Shown here in pieces: positions 13,972-24,586 of a stretch of DNA of 32,000 nucleotides (the first letter of the stretch is position 1; every line of letters starts with the position of its first letter). Source of the DNA: Rhizobium vallis (GTDB lineage Bacteria > Pseudomonadota > Alphaproteobacteria > Rhizobiales > Rhizobiaceae); the NCBI RefSeq assembly GCF_003985155.1, contig NZ_ML133686.1, positions 1 through 32,000 of the forward strand, read 5' to 3'. Made by a program: the position numbers and the translations under genes. The notes beneath the pieces are model-generated. The model did not search any database, was not told the origin of the DNA, and was given only the letters and a program-made list of their open reading frames with translations.

Positions 13972-14607
13972 ATGTCTCTGCTCGTCTATCTCGATTATGC
14001 CGGCATTGCGCTGTTTGCCGCCACAGGCGCGCTCGCTGCCTCGCGCAAACAGCTGGACCTGATCGGTTTTCTGTTTTTCGCCATGGTGACGGGAACGGGC
14101 GGTGGCACCGTGCGCGATATCGTGCTCGGCCGCGTACCGGTCTTCTGGGTGCTGAACCCTGCCTATATCCTTGTCTGCTGCATCATGGGCGTCATCGTGT
14201 TTTTCACCGCCCATCTGCTGGAATCGCGCTATCGCCTGTTGATCTGGCTGGATGCGATCGGCCTTGCCGCCTACTGCGTGCTTGGCGCGGCCAAGGGGCT
14301 GGCCGCCACCGGCTCACCGACCATCGCCATCGTCACCGGCACGCTGACGGCGACCTTCGGCGGCATTCTGCGCGATCTGATGGCAAATGAGCCGTCGGTG
14401 CTGTTGCGGCCGGAAATCTACGTGACCGCCGCCCTCGTCGGCGCCAGCGTCTTCACGCTCGCCAATGGATTGGGAATGCAGCTCTATCTGGCGTCCGCCT
14501 GCGGCGTCGTGGCGGCTTTTGCCGTGCGCGGCGGCGCCCTTTGGTTCGGTTGGACCTTCCCGACCTACAGGCACAAGCCCGGCCGGCATCCCGACGATGT
14601 CATGTGA
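13972..14607 (+). CDS. TRIC / UPF0126 (YadS/YicG-like) membrane cation-channel family protein
   Basis: ATG 13972 gives MSLLVYLDYAGIALFAATGALAASRKQLD...GTGGGTVRD. A second repeat half carries FGGILRD. Confidence 0.8.
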   Translation: MSLLVYLDYAGIALFAATGALAASRKQLDLIGFLFFAMVTGTGGGTVRDIVLGRVPVFWVLNPAYILVCCIMGVIVFFTAHLLESRYRLLIWLDAIGLAAYCVLGAAKGLAATGSPTIAIVTGTLTATFGGILRDLMANEPSVLLRPEIYVTAALVGASVFTLANGLGMQLYLASACGVVAAFAVRGGALWFGWTFPTYRHKPGRHPDDVM

Positions 14608-14620
14608 GGCGGCTGTGGCG

Positions 14621-15040
14621 TCAGCTCTGCTTCGCTCGCAGGCGGATCACCACGTCGACATGGGCGATCTCCATGCCCTCGGGCGGCTCCGGCAGATTGC
14701 CGATCGTCAGGTTGCTGACGGGAATGTCGAGCACCTCGTTGTGACCTTCGATGAAGAAATGGTGATGGTCGGAAACATTGGTATCGAAATAGGTCTTGGC
14801 GCTCTCGACAGCGAGAACGCGGATGAGACCGGCTTCCGTGAACTGGTGCAGCGTGTTGTAGACCGTCGCCAGCGAAACCGGAACGCCGGCGGCAACCGCC
14901 TCCTCGTGCAGTTCCTCGACGGTCAAATGCCGGTCACCCTTGGCAAACAGGAGGTCGCCGAGCGCGACACGCTGGCGGGTGGGGCGCAGGCCCGCGCCGC
15001 GCAGCCTTACCTCTATTGCGATCGGGGATGCACCCGTCAT
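14621..15040 (-). CDS. irr: Fur-family iron response regulator Irr
   Basis: RPTRQRVALGDLLF...TVYNTLHQFTEAGL winged helix. The DHHHFF (HHH) motif is typical of Irr. Divergent from fabA, as in other Rhizobiales. Confidence 0.85.
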   Translation of the reverse strand: MTGASPIAIEVRLRGAGLRPTRQRVALGDLLFAKGDRHLTVEELHEEAVAAGVPVSLATVYNTLHQFTEAGLIRVLAVESAKTYFDTNVSDHHHFFIEGHNEVLDIPVSNLTIGNLPEPPEGMEIAHVDVVIRLRAKQS

Positions 15041-15341
15041 CAAGACCAACTCCGATTATTCCTGCATAAAGCAATCATGTTTCTTCAAGCGGTATAACTT
15101 TTGCACCGGAGCCTTTCAATAGTTCAATGGGGACAAGAGCCTGATAAACGCGGCAAAAACGGGCTTTCGACGCAAATAGGTCTGGTCGCAGCCCTAGCCT
15201 TCCTGTATGCGACCACCAAATAAAGGCGAAAGCCTGGTCCGGAGCCAAGAATGAAGCTGCCTTGCTCGTGCTTCATTTTCTGGAGAACTTGGACTACACG
15301 TTCACATCCATCGGCTTCACGCGGGGGGAAAAAGAAACTTT

Positions 15342-15857
15342 ATGACCACCAGACAGTCCAGCTTCTCGTACGAAGAACTCATCGCTTGCGCGCATGGCGA
15401 GCTGTTCGGACCCGGCAATGCGCAGCTGCCGCTGCCGCCCATGCTGATGGTTCACCGCATCACCGAGATTTCCGAAACGGGCGGAGCCTTCGACAAGGGT
15501 TATCTACGCGCCGAATACGACGTGCGTCCCGACGACTGGTATTTTCCCTGCCATTTCGAAGGCAACCCGATCATGCCGGGCTGCCTCGGCCTTGACGGCA
15601 TGTGGCAGCTGACCGGCTTTTTCCTCGGCTGGCTCGGCGAAGAAGGCCGCGGCATGGCGCTTTCAACAGGCGAAGTGAAATTCAAGGGCATGGTGCGACC
15701 GCACACGAAGCTGATCGAATACGGCATCGACTTCAAGCGCGTCATGCGCGGTCGCCTGGTGCTTGGCACCGCCGACGGCTGGCTGAAGGCGGACGGTGAG
15801 ACAATTTATCAGGCGGCCGACCTTCGCGTCGGCCTATCGAAAGACAAGACGGCCTGA
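15342..15857 (+). CDS. fabA: 3-hydroxydecanoyl-ACP dehydratase/isomerase
   Basis: 171 aa. [15 protein letters not shown]...[23 protein letters not shown] matches the FabA hot-dog active-site region. Confidence 0.95.
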   Translation: MTTRQSSFSYEELIACAHGELFGPGNAQLPLPPMLMVHRITEISETGGAFDKGYLRAEYDVRPDDWYFPCHFEGNPIMPGCLGLDGMWQLTGFFLGWLGEEGRGMALSTGEVKFKGMVRPHTKLIEYGIDFKRVMRGRLVLGTADGWLKADGETIYQAADLRVGLSKDKTA

Positions 15858-15902
15858 ACCGCATTTTTTAGCGGCTGACGAAAACAACAGAGGTTTGATC
15901 AG

Positions 15903-17135
15903 ATGAGACGGGTAGTTGTTACGGGTCTGGGTATCGTGTCCTCGATCGGAAACGACGCGGCCGAAGTCACCGAATCCTTGCGGCAGGCAAAGTCGGGTAT
16001 TTCCTTCTCCAGCGATTTCGCCGAACACGGCTTCAAGTGCCAGGTTTGGGGCAGCCCCAAGCTCGGCGCCGCCGAGCTGGCCGAATTGGTCGATCGCCGT
16101 GCCATGCGCTTCCTGTCGCAGGGCGGCGCCTGGAACCATGTGGCCATGAAGCAGGCACTCGCCGATTCCGGCCTGGAAGAGAAGGACTACGGTCAGAACG
16201 AACGTGTCGGCATCATCATGGGCTCCGGCGGCCCGTCGACCCGCACCCTCATCGAGGCGGCCGAAATCACCGTCAAGAACAACAGCCCGAAGCGCATCGG
16301 CCCCTTCGCCGTGCCGAAGGCGATGTCTTCGACCGCGTCCGCCACGCTCGCCACCTGGTTCAAGATCCACGGCGTCAACTATTCGATCTCGTCGGCCTGC
16401 TCGACGTCTGCGCATTGCATCGGCAATGCCGCCGAGATGATCCAGTGGGGCAAGCAGGACGTGATGTTCGCCGGCGGCCACGAAGATCTCGACTGGACGA
16501 TGTCCAACCTCTTCGACGCCATGGGCGCCATGTCCTCCAAGTACAACGACACGCCCGACAGCGCCTCGCGCGCCTATGACGTCAACCGCGACGGTTTCGT
16601 CATCGCCGGCGGCGCCGGCGTACTGGTCCTCGAAGAACTGGAGCGCGCCAAGGCCCGCGGCGCCAAGATCTACGCCGAAATCGTCGGCTACGGTGCAACC
16701 TCGGACGGTTACGACATGGTCGCTCCGTCGGGCGAGGGCGCGATCCGCTGCATGCGCCAGGCGCTTGCCACGGTCAAGGGCGACGTCGACTACGTCAACA
16801 CCCACGGCACGTCGACCCCGGTCGGCGACAGCAAGGAAATCGGCGCCATCCGCGAAGTATTCGGCTCCAAGATCCCGCACATTCAGTCGACCAAGTCGCT
16901 CACCGGCCATTCGCTCGGCGCTGCCGGGGTGCAGGAATCGATCTATTCTCTGCTGATGATGCAGCAAGGCTTCATCGGCGAAAGCGCCCATATCACCGAA
17001 CTCGATCCGGAATTCGAAGGCGTGCCGATCGTGCGCAAGCGTATCGACGATGCGAAGATCGATATCGCCCTCTCCAACTCCTTCGGCTTCGGCGGCACCA
17101 ACGCCACGCTGGTCTTCCAGCGTTATAACGGATAA
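15903..17135 (+). CDS. fabB: Beta-ketoacyl-ACP synthase I
   Basis: 410 aa. [17 protein letters not shown]..., the active-site [25 protein letters not shown] and [13 protein letters not shown]. Located downstream of fabA. Confidence 0.95.
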   Translation: MRRVVVTGLGIVSSIGNDAAEVTESLRQAKSGISFSSDFAEHGFKCQVWGSPKLGAAELAELVDRRAMRFLSQGGAWNHVAMKQALADSGLEEKDYGQNERVGIIMGSGGPSTRTLIEAAEITVKNNSPKRIGPFAVPKAMSSTASATLATWFKIHGVNYSISSACSTSAHCIGNAAEMIQWGKQDVMFAGGHEDLDWTMSNLFDAMGAMSSKYNDTPDSASRAYDVNRDGFVIAGGAGVLVLEELERAKARGAKIYAEIVGYGATSDGYDMVAPSGEGAIRCMRQALATVKGDVDYVNTHGTSTPVGDSKEIGAIREVFGSKIPHIQSTKSLTGHSLGAAGVQESIYSLLMMQQGFIGESAHITELDPEFEGVPIVRKRIDDAKIDIALSNSFGFGGTNATLVFQRYNG

Positions 17136-17139
17136 CAAC

Positions 17140-17946
17140 ATGACGGGAATCATGCAGGGTAAGCGCGGCCTCATCATGGGCGTCGCAAACAACCACTCGA
17201 TCGCCTGGGGGATTTCAAAAGCTCTCGCCGCACAGGGTGCGGAACTCGCCTTCACCTACCAGGGCGATGCACTCGGCAAGCGCGTCAAGCCGCTTGCTGC
17301 CGAGGTCAATTCGGATTTCGTGCTGCCGTGCGACGTCGAAGACATCGCCTCGGTCGATGCCCTGGTCGACGCGATCAGCGAGCGCTGGGGCAAGCTCGAT
17401 TTCATCGTCCATGCCATCGGTTTTTCCGACAAGAACGAGCTGAAGGGTCTTTACGCCGATACGACGCGTGAGAATTTCAGCCGCACCATGGTCATTTCCT
17501 GTTTTTCCTTCACCGAGATCGCCAAGCGTTGCGCTCCGCTGATGGAAGACGGCGGTGCAATGCTGACGCTGACCTATAATGGCTCGACGCGCGTCATCCC
17601 GAACTACAACGTCATGGGTGTCGCCAAGGCAGCGCTCGAGGCTTCGGTGCGCTATCTCGCTGCCGACTACGGCCCGCGCGGTATCCGCGTCAACGCCATT
17701 TCCGCCGGCCCGATCCGCACGCTTGCCGGCGCCGGCATCTCCGATGCGCGCGCGATCCTCTCCTGGAACCAGCGCAATGCGCCGCTGCGCAAGACCGTCA
17801 CCATCGATCAGGTCGGCAATTCGGCGCTTTACCTGCTCTCAGATCTCTCCGCCGGCGTCACCGGCGAAATCCATTTCGTCGACGCGGGCTTCAACGTCAC
17901 GTCCATGCCGACACTGGAAACGCTGCGCAGGGCGGACGTGGAGTAA
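17140..17946 (+). CDS. fabI: Enoyl-ACP reductase (NADH)
   Basis: ATG 17140 gives MTGIMQGKRGLIMGVANNHSIAWGI... with YNVMGVAKAALE and the SAGPIRTLA motif. The ORF-track start at 17050 overlaps fabB. Confidence 0.95.
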   Translation: MTGIMQGKRGLIMGVANNHSIAWGISKALAAQGAELAFTYQGDALGKRVKPLAAEVNSDFVLPCDVEDIASVDALVDAISERWGKLDFIVHAIGFSDKNELKGLYADTTRENFSRTMVISCFSFTEIAKRCAPLMEDGGAMLTLTYNGSTRVIPNYNVMGVAKAALEASVRYLAADYGPRGIRVNAISAGPIRTLAGAGISDARAILSWNQRNAPLRKTVTIDQVGNSALYLLSDLSAGVTGEIHFVDAGFNVTSMPTLETLRRADVE

Positions 17947-17968
17947 ACGCTGTCCCAGATTTGAAACT

Positions 17969-18003
17969 AAAAGGCCGTGCGCAGATGCTGCGCACGGCCT
18001 TTT
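17969..18003. terminator. Bidirectional intrinsic terminator between fabI and the convergent methyltransferase gene
   Basis: AAAA-GGCCGTGCGCAG-ATG-CTGCGCACGGCC-TTTT: a 12-bp perfect stem flanked by A and T runs. Confidence 0.8.
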
Positions 18004-18048
18004 AGTTCTATCGATAGAATGATCGGATGGATCGAGGCTGCGGAAAGC

Positions 18049-19065
18049 TTATTTCTTCGCCCACAGCACCTTGAAGCGGGCGTTACGGCAGGTTTCGCCG
18101 CTTTCCCGGAAATTTGCCGCCAGAACCGGCTCGTAGGGCAGGCCGCGATTGGCGACGAGCATGAGACGGCCGCCGCCGCGAAGGGCGGATGCGGCAGCCT
18201 TGATCATTGCCTGGCCGAGCGACGGTTCGGCCGCATGGCCCTCGTGGAAGGGCGGGTTCATGATGACGAGATCGTACTTGTCCTTGACCTGCTCGCCCGC
18301 CAGATCGTGCCAGAAGAAGCGCGCAGGCGCGTTCGGGCAGTTCTCCGCTAGATTGTCCCTGGCAGCTTCCAGGGCCGCGTGATTGGCCTCGTAGAGGTCA
18401 AGGCGCGTAAGTCCGCGTGATCTCCGCGCCATCTCGACGGAGAGATAGCCCCATCCAGCGCCGAAATCGGCAACGTCGCCGGTGAAATCCTCAGGCAGGC
18501 GGGACGCGAGCAGTTCCGACCCGGCATCGATCCGGTCGTGCGAGAACATGCCGGCGGTGGCATTGAAACGACCGTCGACGCGTACCGGCGCTTTTGCCAG
18601 CTTGGAAATGATCTCGTCGGCATCGGCAGGGCGGCCGAACCAGAAGGCGACGCCATGATATTTCGGCATATGGTCGATCGCGAGGCCGAAACCTTCCAGG
18701 CGCTTGCGCAGCGGTTGGATGCCGTCTTCCTTGGCGCCGGCAACGACGATCAGGCCGCCGAGCCGCGTGCGGGCGATCGCCGCGGCCAGATTGGCCTCGT
18801 TTTCGCCCTTGTGCTTCGTGCAGAGCACCAGCGCCGCGTCATAATCCTCGCCGTCGACCTCAGGCGTCGCTTCGATGCGCTGCGCCAGCAACTGCCGATA
18901 GAGCGGACGGAAGCCCTGGACGGCGCTGAGGGAGGCGGCAAAGCCTTCCGGCAGGGCAAAGCCCGCTTCGGCGCCGAGGAAGAGCACGCGCTCGCCCTCA
19001 CCGGGCGCCTGGACTCTGCCGCTGGCAAAGGGATGGAACAGGGTCTTCAGCGTCTCGCTGCTCAT
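18049..19065 (-). CDS. Class I SAM-dependent methyltransferase, RsmC/RsmD-like (16S rRNA m2G type)
   Basis: VADFGAGWGYLS (SAM motif I) and DLVIMNPPFHEG (NPPF/Y catalytic motif). Confidence 0.8.
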   Translation of the reverse strand: MSSETLKTLFHPFASGRVQAPGEGERVLFLGAEAGFALPEGFAASLSAVQGFRPLYRQLLAQRIEATPEVDGEDYDAALVLCTKHKGENEANLAAAIARTRLGGLIVVAGAKEDGIQPLRKRLEGFGLAIDHMPKYHGVAFWFGRPADADEIISKLAKAPVRVDGRFNATAGMFSHDRIDAGSELLASRLPEDFTGDVADFGAGWGYLSVEMARRSRGLTRLDLYEANHAALEAARDNLAENCPNAPARFFWHDLAGEQVKDKYDLVIMNPPFHEGHAAEPSLGQAMIKAAASALRGGGRLMLVANRGLPYEPVLAANFRESGETCRNARFKVLWAKK

Positions 19066-19083
19066 GGGTCTCGTCTCGTTAAA

Positions 19084-19157
19084 GTATGTTGAGCAAATCT
19101 GTTCAGCGGTTCTGCTGCCACGACATGCGCAAAACCGAAGACCTAAAGTGTGGCAGG
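19084..19157 (+). repeat. Intergenic hairpin element, copy E3 (more diverged)
   Basis: GTATGTTG (19084-19091) pairs with CGACATGC (19121-19128) if two G-U pairs are allowed. Loop TGTTCAGCGG. Tail AAACCGAAGACCTAAAGTGTGGCA resembles the E1 tail. Confidence 0.55.
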
Positions 19158-19191
19158 CAAATCTGAAAGATCACGCCACGCTTTAGGATAC

Positions 19192-19223
19192 AAAAAAGGG
19201 CGCGGAAGCATTCCCCCGCGCCC
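19192..19223 (-). terminator. Intrinsic terminator of pnp
   Basis: The minus strand reads GGGCGCGG-GGGAATGCTT-CCGCGCCC followed by TTTTTT, 24 nt after the pnp stop. Confidence 0.85.
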
Positions 19224-19246
19224 CGACTTAAATCTGGAAGGGCGGC

Positions 19247-21385
19247 TTATTCGGCCGCTTCTTCCTTCTTCTTCTCGTTCGGGATTTCCTGGCCGGTTGC
19301 CTGGTCGACGACCTTCATCGACAGGCGGACCTTGCCGCGCTCGTCGAAGCCGAGCAGCTTGACCCAGACCTTGTCGCCTTCCTTGACGACGTCCTGGGTC
19401 TTGGCAACACGCTCGGAAGCAAGCTGCGAGATGTGCACGAGACCGTCACGGGCGCCGAAGAAGTTGACGAAGGCGCCGAAGTCGGCGGTCTTGACAACAG
19501 TGCCTTCATAGATCTGGCCGATCTCAGGCTCGGCGACGATCGAATGGATCCATTTGCGGGCCGCTTCGATTTCCTTGCCGGAGGAGGAGGCGATCTTGAC
19601 GGTGCCGTCGTCCTCGATGTTGATCTTCGCGCCGGTCTTTTCGACGATTTCGCGGATGACCTTGCCGCCGGAGCCGATGACTTCGCGGATCTTGTCGACC
19701 GGAATGTTCATGACTTCGATGCGCGGAGCGAATTCGCCGAGCTGGCCACGGCTTTCGGTGATGGCCTTGGCCATTTCGCCGAGAATGTGGGCGCGACCAC
19801 CCTGCGCCTGGCCGAGAGCGACCTTCATGATCTCTTCGGTGATACCGGCAATCTTGATGTCCATCTGCAGCGAGGTGATGCCGTCGGCGGTACCTGCGAC
19901 CTTGAAGTCCATGTCGCCGAGGTGATCTTCGTCACCGAGAATGTCGGAGAGGACGGCGAAGCGCTCGCCTTCCAGGATCAGGCCCATGGCGATACCGGCA
20001 ACCGGCTTGGCAAGCGGTACACCTGCGTCCATCAGAGCGAGCGAGGTGCCGCAGACGGTCGCCATCGAGGATGAGCCGTTCGACTCGGTGATCTCGGAAA
20101 CGACGCGCAACGTGTAGGGGAACTGCTCAGCCGACGGCAGCATCGGACGGATCGCGCGCCAAGCGAGCTTGCCATGACCGATTTCACGACGACCCGGGGA
20201 GCCCATACGGCCGGTTTCGCCAACCGAGTAGGGAGGGAAGTTGTAATGGAGCAGGAAGCGCTCCTTGTACATGCCCGTCAAGGAGTCGACATACTGCTCG
20301 TCTTCGCCGGTGCCGAGGGTGGCAACCACGATCGCCTGTGTTTCACCGCGGGTAAACAGGGCCGAACCGTGCGTGCGCGGCAGAAGGCCGACTTCCGAAA
20401 CGATCGGACGAACGGTTTCGAGGTCGCGGCCATCGATGCGGCTCTTGGTGTCGAGGATGTTCCAGCGGACGATCTTGGCCTGCAGGTGCTTGAAGATCGC
20501 GCCGACTTCCTCGGCCGTGTACTTGGCTTCGCCTTCCTCGGGGAGGAAGTGGGCCTTCACCTTCGCCTTGACGGCGTCGACGGCAGCGTAGCGATCGGCC
20601 TTCTGGGTGATCTTGTAGGCTTCGCGAAGTTCACCTTCGGCAAGGCCGAGCATTTCGCTTTCGAGAGCGGAGTAGTCTTCCGGCTGGAAGTCGCGCGGCT
20701 CCTTGGCGGCCACTTCGGCGAGCTTGATGATCGCGTCGAGAACCGGTTGGAAGCCCTTGTGGCCGAACATGACGGCGCCGAGCATGACGTCTTCGTTGAG
20801 TTCCTTGGCTTCGGATTCAACCATCAGCACGGCGTCGTAGGTGCCGGCGACGACGAGGTCGAGGCTCGACTCGTCCATCTCGTCGAGATGCGGGTTGAGA
20901 ACGTATTCGCCGTTGATGTAGCCGACGCGTGCGCCGCCGACCGGGCCCATGAAGGGAACGCCTGACAGCGTCAGCGCAGCCGAGGTCGCAACCATCGACA
21001 GGACATCGGGATTGTTTTCAAGGTCGTGCTGGATGACGGTGACGACGACCTGCGTGTCGTTCTTGTAGCCTTCCGGGAAGAGCGGGCGGATCGGGCGGTC
21101 GATCAGGCGGGAAACGAGGGTCTCGTTTTCGCTCGGACGGCCCTCACGCTTGAAATAGCCGCCGGGGATCTTGCCGGCTGCGTAGGTCTTTTCCTGATAG
21201 TTGACGGTGAGGGGAAAGAAGTCCTGGCCCGGCTTCGGCGCCTTGGCCGAAACGACGGTGGCGAGAACGACGGTTTCACCGTAGGTGGCGAGAACGGCGC
21301 CGTCGGCCTGACGGGCGATCTTGCCGGTTTCGAGCTTCAGCGGGCGTCCGGCCCACTCGATTTCCACTGTATGTGTATCGAACAT
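19247..21385 (-). CDS. pnp: Polyribonucleotide nucleotidyltransferase (PNPase)
   Basis: ATG 21385 (AAGGAC upstream) gives [31 protein letters not shown]... Two RNase PH domains, then KH, then S1 ([20 protein letters not shown]). Confidence 0.97.
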   Translation of the reverse strand: MFDTHTVEIEWAGRPLKLETGKIARQADGAVLATYGETVVLATVVSAKAPKPGQDFFPLTVNYQEKTYAAGKIPGGYFKREGRPSENETLVSRLIDRPIRPLFPEGYKNDTQVVVTVIQHDLENNPDVLSMVATSAALTLSGVPFMGPVGGARVGYINGEYVLNPHLDEMDESSLDLVVAGTYDAVLMVESEAKELNEDVMLGAVMFGHKGFQPVLDAIIKLAEVAAKEPRDFQPEDYSALESEMLGLAEGELREAYKITQKADRYAAVDAVKAKVKAHFLPEEGEAKYTAEEVGAIFKHLQAKIVRWNILDTKSRIDGRDLETVRPIVSEVGLLPRTHGSALFTRGETQAIVVATLGTGEDEQYVDSLTGMYKERFLLHYNFPPYSVGETGRMGSPGRREIGHGKLAWRAIRPMLPSAEQFPYTLRVVSEITESNGSSSMATVCGTSLALMDAGVPLAKPVAGIAMGLILEGERFAVLSDILGDEDHLGDMDFKVAGTADGITSLQMDIKIAGITEEIMKVALGQAQGGRAHILGEMAKAITESRGQLGEFAPRIEVMNIPVDKIREVIGSGGKVIREIVEKTGAKINIEDDGTVKIASSSGKEIEAARKWIHSIVAEPEIGQIYEGTVVKTADFGAFVNFFGARDGLVHISQLASERVAKTQDVVKEGDKVWVKLLGFDERGKVRLSMKVVDQATGQEIPNEKKKEEAAE

Positions 21386-21692
21386 GTCTTGTCCTTCAAT
21401 GCGGGAGCACGCGCCATCGCCGATATCAAGGCGCAGCGCACAGTCGACCGCAATCAATGTGACGTATCACGGGCAAGACAACGGGAGGCTTTTCATCCTC
21501 GGTTCCCTCCGGCGGGGGAAACCGGGCCAAAGCTCTTTGACAAGCCTTGGCCGAAAGCATCCGGCAATCCTGCCCCATGACAGGTCAGCGGTTGGTTTGG
21601 CAGATCCGGCCCATCCGGGTCCGCCGGTCGTTCCACCGCATGAGATAGAGCGCGGCTGGAACATTTCATCGGGAACGTCGTCCCGAAACAGA

Positions 21693-21722
21693 TCCGGCGG
21701 ACGCTCGGAAGCGCCCGCCGGA
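21693..21722 (-). terminator. rpsO terminator/attenuator hairpin in the rpsO-pnp spacer
   Basis: 13-bp stem (TCCGGCGGGCGCT/AGCGTCCGCCGGA, one G-U pair) with a 4-nt loop, starting 6 nt after the rpsO stop and followed by UCUGUUUC. Confidence 0.6.
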
Positions 21723-21727
21723 CAATC

Positions 21728-21997
21728 TTAGCGGCGGATACCCAGGCTGCCGATCAGCTTGGAATAGCGGCCTTCATCCTTCTTCTTGAGATAGTCAAGA
21801 AGCGAGCGGCGGCTCGAAACCATCGTCAACAGGCCACGGCGGGAATGGTTATCCTTCTTGTGGTCCTTGAAGTGTTCGGTCAGGTTGTTGATGCGTTCGG
21901 TCAGGATCGCGACCTGAACCTCGGGAGAACCGGTGTCGCCTTCGGCGGTTGCGTATTCCTTGATCAGCGCAGCCTTGCGCTCAGCAGTGATCGACAT
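21728..21997 (-). CDS. rpsO: 30S ribosomal protein S15
   Basis: ATG 21997 gives [16 protein letters not shown]...[43 protein letters not shown]. Confidence 0.97.
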   Translation of the reverse strand: MSITAERKAALIKEYATAEGDTGSPEVQVAILTERINNLTEHFKDHKKDNHSRRGLLTMVSSRRSLLDYLKKKDEGRYSKLIGSLGIRR

Positions 21998-22030
21998 CGG
22001 ATGATCCTTTCTATGAGAGGAGATTGAAGT

Positions 22031-22061
22031 CGCCAAAAGCCGGGATGCCGTCCAGCTTTGG
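22031..22061 (-). promoter_or_regulatory. Hairpin in the rpsO 5' leader (candidate S15 autoregulatory structure)
   Basis: GCCAAAGC-N14-GCTTTTGGC on the minus strand, ending ~33 nt upstream of the rpsO ATG. Confidence 0.3.
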
Positions 22062-22147
22062 CCGTGAATGCGAGCAGGCGGACCTGACGCTGGCGCTGCC
22101 TATAAACCAAATAAGCACCGATGGAAAGAGGGAGTATTCCCAGCGCC

Positions 22148-22996
22148 TCAACGGCCCGCCATGGCATCCCGGATCATCCCGTTATAACCTTCGGGATCCT
22201 GCAGCATGGCGAAATGGCTGGCATTCTTCAGGATCACGAGTTTGGCCCCGGGAATCTCTCTTGCCATCATTTCCGTATGGTCGAGCTTGACGGCTTCATC
22301 GTGATCGCCGATCGCAAGTGTGACCGGAACCGAGATCGTCGCAAGATCGGCCGCAGTCCAGGCCGGCTGGGTCGCCCACATCTCAGAGATCTGCGTGACG
22401 AAGGCCTGGTATTCGGTCGGCGTCGGCGAAAGCTTCCTGTACTGGTCGCCGGCAACGTCGATGTAGTGGCTGAAGGTCTTGTTCTCCAAGACGTCGGGCT
22501 TGACGCCATCAGTCGTGACGTTGGCCGCCTGGGCGATGATGCGGGTGAGCTTCTCCGGATGTTTCATCGCCATGTCGATGCCGATGATGCCGCCGTCCGA
22601 CCAACCTACAAGCGTCACCTTGCCGATCTTCAGATAGTCGAGCAGGGCGACGTAATCCGAGGTCATCAGATCGTAGCCGAAAGGCTGCCCGCTGCGTGTC
22701 GAACGGCCATGACCGCGGCTGTCGGCGACGATGACCCGATGATCCCTTGCAAACTCGGCCACCTGATGGCCCCAGACGTCGGCATTTCCAAGGCCGCCAT
22801 GGATGAAGAGGATCGGATCGCCTTCGCCAAATTCGGCGTAATACATCTTGATGTCATTCACATCGGCCATGCCGCTCGTCTTCGGCGCCGGCATCGAAGG
22901 AAAGGCCGGAAGCTCGGCCCAGCGTTCGGCGGCTTGCGCGCCGGCAGCGATCAGGAACAGCGAAAAGAACGTCAGTATTCCCGCAATTCTGCGCAT
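22148..22996 (-). CDS. Secreted alpha/beta-fold hydrolase
   Basis: Signal peptide MRRIAGILTFFSLFLIAAGAQA, HGG oxyanion motif (ILFIHGGLG), and nucleophile elbow GWSDGG. Confidence 0.85.
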   Translation of the reverse strand: MRRIAGILTFFSLFLIAAGAQAAERWAELPAFPSMPAPKTSGMADVNDIKMYYAEFGEGDPILFIHGGLGNADVWGHQVAEFARDHRVIVADSRGHGRSTRSGQPFGYDLMTSDYVALLDYLKIGKVTLVGWSDGGIIGIDMAMKHPEKLTRIIAQAANVTTDGVKPDVLENKTFSHYIDVAGDQYRKLSPTPTEYQAFVTQISEMWATQPAWTAADLATISVPVTLAIGDHDEAVKLDHTEMMAREIPGAKLVILKNASHFAMLQDPEGYNGMIRDAMAGR

Positions 22997-23084
22997 TGTT
23001 TTTCCCCTCGGGCCGCCATGGCCCGAGGGGAAGATATCGCATCGTTACCGGCTGACAATCGCCGCCGTCACAAACCGGGCAGGT

Positions 23085-24017
23085 TCAGGCAAAAACCCGC
23101 TTCGGGCGAAATTCGCCCTGGCCGATTTCGCCGATCGCGACCAGCCTGCCGCGGGCCGTCGCATAGGCTTCGCTTTCGGCGATCGGTGCATCGCGGCCGC
23201 GCACGAGGATCGGATTGCCCATCTTCAGCCGGTGCGCCTGGTCGTCGTTGATGACGAGGTGGGGCAGGGCGGAAAGAGCCTCGCAGGTATCGATCAGCAG
23301 CGCGTCGAGCGCGGCAAGCCGCTCGTCCATATCCTCGATTGCTTCGAGCGCCACGAGGTCCGCAAGCGGTACCATCGCCTCTTCCGCGAAGGGCGCGACG
23401 AAAGTGCGCCGCAGCCCGGAAACATGGCCGTAGCAGCCGAGCTCGCGGCCGAAATCGCGGGCGAGCGCCCTGACATAAGTGCCCTTGCCGCATTCCACTT
23501 CGAAATGCGCAGTATCGGCGTCCGGGCAGGCGAGCAGGGTCAGCCGGAAGATCTCGACTTCGCGCGAAGGGATTTCGACGGCTTCGCCTTCGCGCGCCAG
23601 ATCATAGGCGCGTTCGCCCGATATCTTGATCGCCGAAAACTGCGGCGGCACCTGGTTGATGGTGCCGATATATCGAGGCAGTATATCGCGGATCTGCTGT
23701 TCGCTCGGGCGCTTGTCCGAGCTTTGCGTGACCTCGCCCTCGAGATCGTCGGTGGCGCGCTCCTCGCCCCAGCTCACCGTGAATTCATAGATCTTGCGGC
23801 CGTCCATCACATAGGGAACGGTCTTCGTCGCATCGCCGAGCGCGATCGGCAGCATGCCGGAAGCGAGCGGATCGAGTGTGCCGGCATGGCCGGCCTTCTG
23901 CGCCTTGTAGAGCCACTTGATCTTGGAAACGGCTTCCGTCGAGCCGAAATCCACCGGCTTGTCGAGGATCAGCCAGCCGGAAATCGGCCGGCCCTTGGGT
24001 TTGCGTGGTTTGGACAT
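23085..24017 (-). CDS. truB: tRNA pseudouridine(55) synthase
   Basis: [11 protein letters not shown]...[21 protein letters not shown] is the TruB catalytic Asp motif. Located downstream of rbfA. Confidence 0.95.
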   Translation of the reverse strand: MSKPRKPKGRPISGWLILDKPVDFGSTEAVSKIKWLYKAQKAGHAGTLDPLASGMLPIALGDATKTVPYVMDGRKIYEFTVSWGEERATDDLEGEVTQSSDKRPSEQQIRDILPRYIGTINQVPPQFSAIKISGERAYDLAREGEAVEIPSREVEIFRLTLLACPDADTAHFEVECGKGTYVRALARDFGRELGCYGHVSGLRRTFVAPFAEEAMVPLADLVALEAIEDMDERLAALDALLIDTCEALSALPHLVINDDQAHRLKMGNPILVRGRDAPIAESEAYATARGRLVAIGEIGQGEFRPKRVFA

Positions 24018-24029
24018 GCGTCTCTTCTG

Positions 24030-24434
24030 TTATCTCTCGTCATCATCGCCGTCGAGGTCGCGCTGGACCTCGGGCGAACGCAGCAGCTCGTCGATCTTCT
24101 TGTAGTTGTCGAAGCTGGTATCGTCGCGGAAGCGCACCTCCGGCATGTATTTCATCTGGCGAAGCTGTGGTCCCAGCCGACCGCGGATGAATTTCGCATG
24201 GCGGTTCAACGCCTCGATGACGATGCTGTGGTCGGAAACGCCGAGCGGCGTCACGTAGGCGGTGGCGATCTTGAGGTCAGGCGACATGCGCACTTCCGAG
24301 ATCGAGATCACGGTCGCCTCGATGACGTCGTCGCGCACCTCGCCTCGCTGCAGCACCTGGGTGATCGCGGCGCGGACCTGTTCGCCAACGCGCAGCATGC
24401 GCTGCGAAGGCGCGGAAGAAGTTGGTCTGGTCAT
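24030..24434 (-). CDS. rbfA: Ribosome-binding factor A
   Basis: 134 aa. [18 protein letters not shown]...DLKIATAYV... is the typical RbfA KH-like pattern. Located between infB and truB. Confidence 0.93.
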   Translation of the reverse strand: MTRPTSSAPSQRMLRVGEQVRAAITQVLQRGEVRDDVIEATVISISEVRMSPDLKIATAYVTPLGVSDHSIVIEALNRHAKFIRGRLGPQLRQMKYMPEVRFRDDTSFDNYKKIDELLRSPEVQRDLDGDDDER

Positions 24435-24528
24435 TGTTATCTCTATTTGCCGATGCGGCTGGGAATCGAACCCGTCAAAGGAGAGCGTCCATGACTCTTT
24501 TGGCCGAAAAGGTCAAGCCGGCAGGTGC

Positions 24529-24560
24529 AAAAGCCATCCGCCGGGTGGCGGATGGCTTTT
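24529..24560 (-). terminator. Hairpin (terminator/attenuator) between infB and rbfA
   Basis: AAAAGCCATCCGCC-GGGT-GGCGGATGGCTTTT: a 14-bp perfect stem including A/T runs, 27 nt after the infB stop. Confidence 0.55.
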
Positions 24561-24586
24561 GCAATAAGCTGCAGTGACGCCGAGGA

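Noticed and set aside
21586-21656. A possible fourth, degenerate copy of the E hairpin element in the rpsO-pnp spacer (shares TCAGCGGTT and AGCGCGGC)
   Set aside because: The spacing between the shared blocks differs by ~20-35 nt and the stems are not reproduced. The evidence is too weak.
24458-24476. GGGTTCGATTCCC (minus strand), a tRNA T-arm/T-loop-like 13-mer upstream of rbfA
   Set aside because: The flanks give only a 3-bp T stem. No acceptor, D or anticodon arms can be drawn. It is probably chance or a very old relic.
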